Source: Geosiphon pyriformis uo1 | Lineage: Eukaryota; Fungi; Glomeromycota | Length of the DNA stretch: 64,000 nt | NCBI GenBank assembly: GCA_016748015.1 | Contig: JAAOMT010000502.1 | Location: forward strand, 310,001 to 374,000 | Direction of reading: 5' to 3' | In this document: positions 53,741 to 64,000 of the stretch, in pieces | Numbering within the stretch: position 1 is the first letter of the stretch | Layout of the letters: each line of letters begins with the position of its first letter | Position numbers and translations under genes: made by a program | Notes under the pieces: model-generated | Database searches by the model: none | The model's input: only the letters and a program-made list of their open reading frames with translations | What the model was told of the DNA's origin: nothing

Positions 53741-55389
53741 TGGATGTAATAAATTTATTTTAACAAAAAATGAAGTTCTTCAATTTTGAAACTTTAAAAC
53801 AAAAAATATCCAATTAAAGAATATAAAAATATTACATAATTGTATATTTTATTTAAATTTTTAAAATATTTAACTTGATTGGAATTCACTTATTAATTTT
53901 AATTAAAAATTAAAATTTTCTACTCTTTATTTTAAAAGTATATTTTCTAAAAGCTTTTAGAATAAAATTTTTTTTCAAAAACCAATTTTAAAAGAATTAT
54001 TGAAATAATAATAAATTCATTTATGTCAATTTCAATTCCAGAATTAAAATTAAAGCTTGATAAAAATTATTTTATGATTATATTTCAAAAAAATTGCCAC
54101 AAAATTTTATCAAAATTTTTGTTAAACCCTCAATACTAATATATAATTTGGTTTTTTTATGTAAAATTATAGCCATAAAAAAATTCTTTTAATTTTTCTA
54201 AAAATATTTTTAACTAATTGAAAATTTAAATCTGACAAAACATTTATATATACCAGTTTTTAAAATTGAACAGTAATTTTTTTTCAAGGATCTATTGTTT
54301 GTTTTGCTGAGTTTTAATAAATTAATATATATATATATATTTTACATCTGAAATTATCTCGCTAAAATTTGATAATTAACTTTATAATATTTGATAGATT
54401 TCTTTTATATTAATTTTTACCAATTAGTTTTATCAATTTAATTAATAATAGCTATTTTTTTTAAACTATATGTATTGACCTTGATAAATAACCAATATAT
54501 TTATAATAAATGTGTAACGTAACTCACTTCTTGATCAACCTGTTTATAGATAGATTGTAACACATCAATAATTAGTATTGTTATATAATCAAGAAATCCC
54601 TGAAGGAAGATCCTCCAAGTACCATTTTTATCTCTTTCCCACAATTTCCTAATTCCTCATCCTTTGTTGATTAGACGTTGCCGAAAGCAATAATGCATCC
54701 CACAAAGCATAATAATGAAAGAGTGTAAGAATGAGCTCATTTCTTAAAAAAGCTTTTAATAATCTTTAGTAAGATCTGTCATTTGTAAATATGCATAGCA
54801 ATTAAATTATAAAACAAAACATAGTTTTGGGTCTTGAAATCCTCACTTATATTAAAAATGGGAAAATTAAAAAGTGATAAATCAAATTTTACAATTTTTC
54901 TTTTGTACCAATTCTTTTTTAGAAACTGTATGAATAAGTGTTTTAAGAATAAATGCAACATTTTTTTGTTATTTTAGAAACTGATTTTTTCTTTTACGAT
55001 TTTCCAAAAGTCTATACTATAAAAAATCGTGATTTCGGATGTTTTTAGGAACTGATATGTAAATTTTTTCTTAATAAACCAATTTTAAAAGAATGATTTC
55101 TTAATGTATAAAAAATTATTATTGGTTATCAAAACAAGTTTTAAAGAGTAAAAATAGTGCTATATTATCATAAGTAACCTTTCATGGATTAATTTTACAA
55201 ATGTAGAAATTCTTGATTGTATTAATTTGTTGCTAAATGCTTTGGGAAATTAAAAAAAAAATTACTTTTTAATGTAAATATTGGTTGTGTTAAAAAAATA
55301 TTTCGAGACTTTGGTAATTAGTTAATTTATAAAACTAAAAATTTTATCATCTCAAGATAGTCCATTACTTTTACTTCCCGCCCATGATA

Positions 55390-56875
55390 TCAACCCCTTT
55401 TTTTCAACACTTGAAATATCTCGCAATCATCCCAATAAAAGTACCCTTCCGTGCCTCTCACATTTCCTATATACGTTTTTTCTACTGTTTGTCCAATCTT
55501 TTTCTCAAGGCCGGTACAAATCCATAAATCTGGTCCCATTCCAAAACAAGGGCCACCGCCAGGATGATCATAGATTCCACAATTTCTTTTCTTTGGTAAA
55601 ATTTTGCAAATCTTTGCTTTATCTAAAGTTTGACGGTCGGTAAACGAAAATAAAAACCCCGTCCGATCACCACGAGCTGAAGAAAATCGTCCATGTTTCC
55701 AAGCTGAATTTAGTGGATTATATCCGCCAATAATTTGTTTGCTATTTTTTAATTTTACTACAATAATTGTGGGGCCGACATTTTTGCACTTATTGTAAAA
55801 GGTTTTGATGGATCTTCCATGAGTGCTTGCTCGATAGATGAGACAAAATTTTATGTATAGAGGAGCTTCAATTTCAAATTTTCCTTCAATCCAAGATGCG
55901 ATTAGCGCTGCTTGTCCCGACGTGATTATTTCTGATTCAATCGGTATGTATTTTTGTCTTGGTGGTTTTGGTTCAAAATAAAGCGGTTTTTTATCAGTAA
56001 GTTGCCATCGCACAAAATCACCGATTAAATATTCCGGTAATATTGATGAAAATGGACGAACTTCTTTCTCAAAGTCCATCAAAGATATGTCAAAAAATCT
56101 AATCCATTGCAACAGGGGTGCAAGTTTTTCTTTCAGTCCCCAAAATTCTTCTTTTTCCCATTCTTCCGGTTGATAGGTTGTTGTATTTTTTAACCGAGAA
56201 GAATTAGGAACATTCGCAATTCCCCATATCACCACCTTTTTCCAAAGATCAATTTCTCTTATTCCTAATTTATCGCATTTTACAATTTCTTCAAGTGCTT
56301 TTTCATTTAATGCATTGAAATCCGGTGAATTGAATAGCAGAGATGGATTTTTCTCTATTGCATCTTTTAAGCAGTAGTCCCGTAAGTCGGTACAAGTTGG
56401 TCGTGATACAACAGCATTAAGGACTTGAACTAAAAGTGAAGAGATCCATTGATGCGGATGGCAAAGAAAATGAAATTGAACGTGGTTGAGTACATTATCG
56501 AATAGCATTTCATCAGCTGCTAATAGAAGATCGAGCCAGGTGGTGGGTGAATAGGTGGATAAGTCGATCAGACTCAAGTTCATGAAGCTGTAAAGTTAAT
56601 GCATTTTGAGAGGTCTGACAAAATAAAACATTTGAAACTCTAGGACTTTGAATAACTTACTCTAACAAAATCTGAAACGCCTCAACAGAAACGTTTGGTT
56701 TCTTGAAGATCAACCTTTCCTCATCAGGTCTTTTTTGTGCCCACCAAATTGACAAAGCAGCTTTAAAATACGGGGAATGACGCGTCAAGATTTCAATATT
56801 TGTCTCAAATTCTTTAGTTTTGTTTGGTGGTTCACCAATTTCGATGCACACATTAAAATCATTATGTTTTATCAT
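55390..56875 (-). CDS. BTB/POZ-BACK-TLDc domain protein, 470 aa; exons 56875-56661, 56587-55390
   Basis: Paralog of 50797-52303 with the same 215-nt first exon and intron phase; convergent orientation. Confidence 0.92.
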
Positions 56876-58258
56876 GGTCCAATTTGGATTAATCAATTTT
56901 TTTTAATGAACCAAGATTCAACATTTTCAGAATGGTCTATTTATTAATAAAGATTTTAAATCACGATGCATAAAACATGACAAAAACCATTGTGTTTTAG
57001 ATTCCTTTTGGATGTGGGAATGGTGTTGTCTAAATTTTTTTTACAAAACGTCATATAGAAGTCATCAAAAATTATTCAATGCGTCATTAAAATCATTTTA
57101 GTGCGGGGATGATCAATTTGAAAGCACAAACTTTTTCTTAAAGATCATCAATTGAGGATGAACTAGCCAAGTATATTTTTTCATTTCATAAATTCGTTTT
57201 TTAAGACAAAAAGTATAATTAAACTGAAAAATCTATGAAAGATAATAATTCTATATAAAGCCACCGTTACCATTTTTGCTTACCGAAAAATTTTGTTGCA
57301 ATTTGCCTATTAAATTTTTAGACTTGTGGAAATTTAAAAATCAAAAAGCTATTCAAACCTTTGTGACTTGAACTAATCATCAAAATCAATATGAAAATTA
57401 TAGTTTTAAATAATCATTTAAATCAGGATATTTTGTTTTCAAATGATTTCATCAGAACTATTTAATATTTCAAGGTCTATTATCATGTTTCGAAAATTTC
57501 AATTAGGAGGAATAAAAGAAATAAGTAAAAATTTCGTTGGGTTCGAACAGAATTACACTTAAAAGTGTAAATTGAATAAAAAGTATGATATTTTATTTCT
57601 TTTACATTATTTATATTAACTTGGATAAAATGGGACAGGGTCATAATATAAATAGTTAAAATGTGATCCCAAAATTAGAAAAGAAAGATATAAAATTTGG
57701 ATCTAACAAAATGAAAGATTTTAACGAATGAACTTTTTATTTTCCGAGTATAATTTTTATTAAGAATCACAATGTAAAGGCTCAAGACGAAATAAAGGTG
57801 AATGAAATATGAATCTTGATAATCATGATCAACAATTTTTTGATCACGTCTATAGCATGAGCTTGCCATTAATAAAGTGCCTGAAAGAGATTAGAGAAAT
57901 CTATAAATTTCAAGAATTATTAAATAATTCAACATTCAAAATGATTATTTGTATACTACTTTTAAAGCATATTTACTTTAAAAGAAATTGAAATTTGCAA
58001 ATCAGTTAATAGAAGTGGCCTTAATATTTTTAAAACAATTTGTCTTGAATTATTTTTTCTCAAAAAAAAAATTCGGCACACAAAAGAAATCTAAAAATAT
58101 TTTTAGAAAATTCTGCAATAAATTCATTCCAGAATTCAAGCAATTTTTATGATTTTTTAATTATTGGTCCAAATACTGATACAAATTGATTTTCTTTATT
58201 AAATTTCCCATCTTTACATAAATTTACAAAAACTAGAATTCTAATTTAAGATTTCCAT

Positions 58259-58428
58259 AAATGGTGACAAATTAAATAAGGGCTTGGACCACAGTGAAGA
58301 GTTCAAATTTACGATTTAATGGTGACAATTAAATAAGGGCTTGTACCACAAAGTGAAGACACAGACCAGAGTTCAAATATACGATTTAATGGTGACAATT
58401 AAATATGAGCTGGTGCCCCAAAGTGGGA
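58259..58428. repeat. Three imperfect 58-70-bp tandem units (aatggtgacaattaaataagggcttg.accaca..gtgaag..gagttcaaat.tacgattt)
   Basis: Directly visible, about 0.9 kb upstream of the HMG gene. Confidence 0.85.
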
Positions 58429-58825
58429 TCTTATACTTACCATTTTATTTGTTGGCCATATAATCCTAATTTTCTATGGCAACACAGCATTTGTCAAATA
58501 TTGGATTCTCGGATGAATGGTTACTCAGGATAGTCAGGAAATGGAGCCAAATCTCAAGTAAACTCCTTAATGTATTTTACATCCCCATCTGCGCACCAGG
58601 TACGTTTAAAGAAATTTTATTTAGTGAAACAGTCCACAAAATTAGCCATATGTATAACAGTGGGAAATAAATATATTTTTATGAGATTCATCCACTTTAT
58701 TATAGCGAGAAAATTTTGGTTAGTTTTTAATTTTTGGGCAAATTATGGAGATAACTAAACAATATTTGCGTACTAATCTATCTCCTTTACAATTGAATAT
58801 TTTGAATCTATTTTAAAGCTGTCAA

Positions 58826-58970
58826 ATTTTTTTGCCTTCAAAAATAAAATATTTGCGACTGTTTATTTAGCAGTAACTTGTGTAACGATTAGATTTTTTT
58901 TGGCTTCAAAATAAAATACTTGCGACTGTTTATTTAGGAGTAACTTGTGATTTTTTTTGCCTTCAAATAA
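58826..58970. repeat. About 2.3 tandem units (ttttg.cttcaaaataaaata.ttgcgactgtttatttag.agtaacttgtg)
   Basis: Directly visible, about 350-490 bp upstream of the HMG gene. Confidence 0.85.
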
Positions 58971-59317
58971 CTATATTTTAAGAGCATTTTTCATTTCGAA
59001 GATTGGGCAAATATTGGAGATCTTGGATTATTTCAACGCAAAAATGATACATTTCACAAAATAAATAAAGTTGTGGTAGTAATGATTTGATTGGGACAGG
59101 AAAAAAAATGAAAAAAAACCCTGTTTAGGAATAATCTGCGAAAATTTAGAATAATTCTAATTTCTTACTTTGGAGAAAGTCTAAAGTTTATAAAGTGTTG
59201 CCGTCGTACAAGCATTCGGAAAATCTATATAAATACCCTACATAAATTTTGCTCATTAGATCCCTTGAATCGAAATAATTATATTTACTAAAAGAATCTT
59301 TGAATAATAATAAAAAT

Positions 59318-60007
59318 ATGTTACCACAAAATGATTCTCTTCAAGCCACTTCAGATACAATAAATGGGCTAATGCAAATTCCATTTAAACCAACTTATCC
59401 ACCTCTTCTTACTATCAATGACCTAATTCCACGAGTTACACGCAAGGGAAGAACCCCAACTAAGCCCCCAAATGCTTTTATCATTTATCGAAAAAACTAC
59501 ACGTCTGAGATTAAAACCAAAAAAATTTCAATTGACATGTCACAAGTTTCATCAATTGTTGGTCAATTATGGAAGGAAGAAGCAGAATTCGTTAAGGATG
59601 CATACAAAAAGCTCGCTAGAGATGCAAAAGATATTTTTAATAAAAGATTTAATTCAAACTATACTTCACTTGAAAACCCTCCTTTTGAATCTTTTAATCA
59701 GTTGGATACTCAAAATTTTGAAGACATTATGAACCCACTTCTTGACGAAATGATTGTAACAGATCATACACCAGGAATCTTTACGCTAAATAATCAACCA
59801 CTTTTACCCTTGAACCAAAATCAATTCTTTACATCTATTCCTAATTCGAATTTAACAGATCAGAGGATTAACAGTCAAGGCCAAACAGAAAATCTTAGTG
59901 GAATTAACTCACTTTTATCTTTCATCATGCAATTGAAAGAAGAAATGGAAAAACTCAAGAAAGAGAATGAAACATTAAAGGAACTTCTTCAAACTAGGTT
60001 GGGATAG
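59318..60007 (+). CDS. MATA-type HMG-box transcription factor with C-terminal coiled coil, 229 aa
   Basis: PFKPTYPPLLTINDLI (typical Glomeromycota pre-HMG motif), KPPNAFIIYRK..MSQVSSIVGQLWKEEAEFVKDAYKKLARDAK, heptad tail LKEEMEKLKKENETLKELL. TATA-like ctatataaat at ~59225. Confidence 0.92.
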   Translation: MLPQNDSLQATSDTINGLMQIPFKPTYPPLLTINDLIPRVTRKGRTPTKPPNAFIIYRKNYTSEIKTKKISIDMSQVSSIVGQLWKEEAEFVKDAYKKLARDAKDIFNKRFNSNYTSLENPPFESFNQLDTQNFEDIMNPLLDEMIVTDHTPGIFTLNNQPLLPLNQNQFFTSIPNSNLTDQRINSQGQTENLSGINSLLSFIMQLKEEMEKLKKENETLKELLQTRLG

Positions 60008-60229
60008 CTATTAAACACCTCGTTTTTTGAATAAGCATAGGGAATAAAGGTTTTACTATTTAAGCACATCAAGAATTTTGTTTTTATCTTTCATACAATT
60101 AATAATTTAAATTAAAAAAAAATTAATTCGAATTTTTACTTAGATAGAAACAATTAATTTAAAGTTATTAAATCAAAGAATAACCGAAATTGAATTTGCT
60201 GTATTTTGTGTATAGAAAATAATAATAAT

Positions 60230-60585
60230 AATATATATATATATTTTATTTGCGTTAACTGAGTGTGATCCTAAAAAAAGCATTACATGTATTAAGAGTA
60301 GCTCACGCGTTTTCCACATGTGACCAGCCACCCGGGGGATAGTCAAGACTACACTAACCAGCCACACTCTACATAATTAAAGCCACCAAAGCTTCCTACC
60401 CTCCTTCTCCGCGTCAGCTCTAAATTTGGCTCGGGGCATCCAAATCTTCTCTCGATAACTATTTGACGAAACTTCTTACCAGATCCACAATTTTCATCCT
60501 CGTTAATTTACCGTCCTTTAATACTTTCAATGCTTCCCTATACCACTCTCCAGGAACAAAATCCTTTATTAATTTCCACATTAAT
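60230..60585 (-). mobile_element. 5'-truncated LINE 3' fragment ending in a (TA)n tail
   Basis: Minus strand LIKDFVPGEWYREALKVLKDGKLTRMKIVDLVRSFV..YREKIWMPRAKFRADAEK resembles the LINE ORF2 C-terminus also seen, eroded, at ~28200-28330. GC-rich, retains CpG. Confidence 0.65.
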
Positions 60586-61243
60586 AAATTTAATTTTTAT
60601 AATTTTGAATAATGCTATTTTGATTTGAATTTAAGCGTTCATTCTGATTTACAATAAAATCGGAAAATTAATAGGCATTTAAATAAATTTCAACCTTTTT
60701 TTTATTCCATTATTGAAATCTTTAATGTTCAATTTATTTTTTTATTCAGTTTTAAAACCGTTCTTTTATATAAAATATATAAAAACCAACATTTTAGGAT
60801 GTCAACCAAAATTTAAAAAATTCGAAAAATATAAATCGATAATTTTTAAATGATAAATTTTCTGAAATTTTACTTTAGCTAGTTTGAAACTCTTAAAGAA
60901 CTAATTGATTCTTAATTTTTAGTCTTTTAAGAATAAAGTACATTTAAGAGTTTTAATATTTTTTCAAATTTTTTTTTTAATTATCGAGTTTTTCATTTCT
61001 TAATTTTTTAAAACTTTTAAATTATTTAATTATCGAACTTTTAGATTCCTTGATTTTTATTAAAAATTGAATTATTATGCTTTTTTTTATACTTTGTAAT
61101 AAAATAATCTTTGTCTAAATATAAGATTAAACCTTTTTCAAAGAAACTTTTATTACAAACAAAATCATTCTCTTTATTAATAATCTTGGGTTGGAGGTTG
61201 TGAGCTACACACAACTTGTTGATACATTTTAATTTTATCTTGA

Positions 61244-61286
<43 letters not shown>

Positions 61287-63467
61287 CCTGGATATTTAGC
61301 TGTTAATGATACGCGCTCGAATTGTGGCGCAAATCTGCAAAAAATTTAGTGCAAATTGATTTATAATCAAACTTTGACAATGCATTTCACTTAATAAAAA
61401 GTAAAGATACTTTAGGATGATATTCAAGCTACAAATATTGAAGGCATGTGCACATCTGAGCTTTGACAAAATCCTTCAAGTTCTGTTGAGAACGACTTTT
61501 TTTCCTCTCTCTTGACATAAGTTGAAAGCGTTCCTTAATATTATTCATTTTAAAAGTAATTATAAATAAAAATCAAATAAAATATATATAGTAAAATTAT
61601 TAATTATAATAAAATTTTTTTTTTGTATAAATTTTAAATATATATATATATATATTAAGTCAATTATAATTGTATTTTAAATTTTTATAGTAAAATAATA
61701 ATTTTTTTTTAAGATTTTATAATATAAATAATTAAAATTGATAAGTATAATTATATTTATAAAATTTGAAATTACAATTTACATAATATTAAGATATATA
61801 CATATTTATATTTATAATTAATTTAACATAAATTATTTACTATTAGGGCAAAAGGATTTTAAAAAAATTGATATATATATATATATATTTGTTTTTTGTT
61901 TTTTAATACTATATATATATTGATAAATGATATTTATTTAAATAAAATCCTTTTTTTTCTAATCAATAATATTATTCCAATATAATTTGCATTTATCAAG
62001 TCAAATTTATTTTTTAATTAAAACTATAATCTTTTAAAAATCAGTTTTTCTTTTCAATTAAAAGTTCCCCCGCTATAGGATATCAGCACGAAACGTGAGA
62101 AAAACATACTCAGCCACACTGATATTAATCTACATTTCACAGCGGAAAATTTTGTCATAGCTTATGACCACACATTAAATTTAAGCCTTACCTATTTTAT
62201 ATTAAAAACAAAACAAAACAAAGCAAATTTATAATTATCAATTTCCCTATTGTCAATCTTTGGCATCATGAGATTAATTATTTTTAATTTTTTTTTCGAA
62301 AAATTACGTCACTTTCTTATTTTTTTTAAACTTTTACCATTTATAAACAGTGGTCGTGGAAAATAAAATTTTTTTTTTTTTTCAAAGAATACACCATTTT
62401 CTTTAAAATTTAAAGCTACGTTTACATTATGAATGATACAATCTTGAATTACTCTGGCGGGACATTTGGCTTGCTTATCGTGAGCATTTTCTTAATATTA
62501 ATTTAGAACTATTACATATAATTCTAACAAAAAAAGAGACAGAACACTATTATTTATATATATATATATATATATAAACTTTGATTTACTTTCTCAATAG
62601 CTTATTCTTGACATCGTGGCTATTATTGAGGTGCTTCAAAGTGATCGTACTACTAGGAGTAAGATCGGTTGGTCGTTATTAATTTTCCTGTTCCCGATGG
62701 TGGGTCTCATACTTTATATGTAAGTATTGTGAAATATAGTACTGAAGTAAATTTCTTTTTCATAATAAAAAGAGAACGAAACCAGAAAAGCGAATTGGGA
62801 AATTTCAAAGTGTTATCAAATTTAAAAGATTTGAATAAAGTATTGAAAATTACATTTTTTAATTCTCACCCTCGTAGCTTCCTCTCCGGTAGGAACGATC
62901 ACGTACGTTATGAACTTTTACCATAAAATATGAATGGGAACATATATGGTATATAAAATTAGCAGCTTGAATTCGAACTAGTTAGAATTCTATTTCTTTT
63001 TTGGGGGATTCTGTTTAAAATGTTTGAAACCTGTTGTAATGATATAATCTTGAGCTTTTTAATGAATGTAAATTTAAGTGATATGGGACAAGAATTTTTG
63101 ATCAAACACCTTTAATCGCGTTATCTGTTGAGTCCCGTATAATGAGGAGTTACTCACATGGAAAAATGTCAGACTAAAAAAAGCTCCATCCTGGTTGGTG
63201 TCTAGTCATTTGAATATTTCAAAAAAAAAGATATTTCATCAGCATACTTATTCCAATCAAAACGAAACTTACTTTCTCATTAAAATGTATCAAAAATCCT
63301 TTCAGAGTTATAGTATTGATAAATATGATATCATTTTCACTTTTAAGTATTGGCTGGGTATCTTAGACGTCATAATTTTTTCACATAATAATCATCAGTG
63401 GGAATAACAACTATTTAATTTCCCAAAGTATTTTTCATCTCCCCTCAAAACTGAAAACTATTCCAAG

Positions 63468-63766
63468 ATGGAACGAACTTTTATCGGTGACAAAGAAGTC
63501 TCCAGAGATACAGAAATTCCTCATCCTTCCCCTCAAGAGGTTGAAAAACTTGAGGCTCAACGGTTCGCCAACAAGAATGAAAAAGGGAAACCGAAAGAAG
63601 GTAAACGTTAAAATATCACTTCAATTTAAAAAGTCAAAAAAGTCAGATTTTTAATTTTGAGATAAACCAAATTGTTTAAACCTTAAAAGGTGGGTCAGCT
63701 GGAAGGTTACAAACTGGCGCTCATAAGACTACAGATGAAGAGCGGAAGAATAATGAAATTAGGTAA
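63468..63766 (+). CDS. Small hydrophilic protein (~69 aa), possibly SMP/LEA-like; exons 63468-63600, 63690-63766
   Basis: MERTFIGDKEVSRDTEIPHPSPQEVEKLEAQRFANKNEKGKPKEGGSAGRLQTGAHKTTDEERKNNEIR*, joined by a phase-1 GT-AG intron. The end could instead splice on at ag|gtaata. Confidence 0.55.
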
Positions 63767-64000
63767 TATATATATATATATATATATGTTTCTCTTTGGG
63801 ATTGAGGTACACAAAAAATTAAAGCTTTGTGATTCTGAAAAAATTTTCTTTTCAATTTGGATTTAGGGAGTTTTAATTTAATCTCAAGATATCGAAACAG
63901 CTTAAACTTGTATAGTAGAAGAAAAAAATTTGCTTTTAAGAACTTTCTAATATTAAAACGAAGAAACGTCGTTATCTCAAGTTTTTGAAATTATTAAAGA

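Noticed and set aside
59318-60007. HMG gene as the mating-type locus
   Set aside because: MATA-HMG genes are highly expanded in Glomeromycotina, and no homeodomain pair or Mucorales-type tptA/rnhA flanking genes are present.

Overview
AT-rich, intron-containing fungal DNA. The gene families present (BTB-BACK-TLDc, MATA-type HMG box, multi-exon PD-(D/E)XK/REase protein, this LINE family) point to Glomeromycotina. The LINE relic recalls repeats I remember from Geosiphon pyriformis; this is recall, not a search result. Contents, start to end: (1) the 3' half of a decayed Fanzor2/TnpB-like RNA-guided nuclease gene at the window start, followed by a pseudoknot-capable omegaRNA-like tail; (2) a 22-kb array of five intact paralogous 3-exon 7TM GPCR-like genes in mixed orientation, with a single-repeat Myb gene embedded; (3) a 3.3-kb LINE relic heavily eroded by C>T/G>A changes; (4) a GC-richer island next to a truncated GH5 duplicate, holding an intact 10-exon REase-fold gene, a second Fanzor2 relic (5' three-quarters) and Tc1/IS630 scraps; (5) a membrane-anchored GH5 glucanase homolog that has lost both catalytic glutamates; (6) a type-2 asparaginase/isoaspartyl peptidase; (7) a mirror arrangement of HMG fragment(-), BTB-TLDc(+), BTB-TLDc(-), HMG(+); (8) a short LINE 3' fragment and a small hydrophilic gene. 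Exon boundaries and relic translations were worked out by hand.
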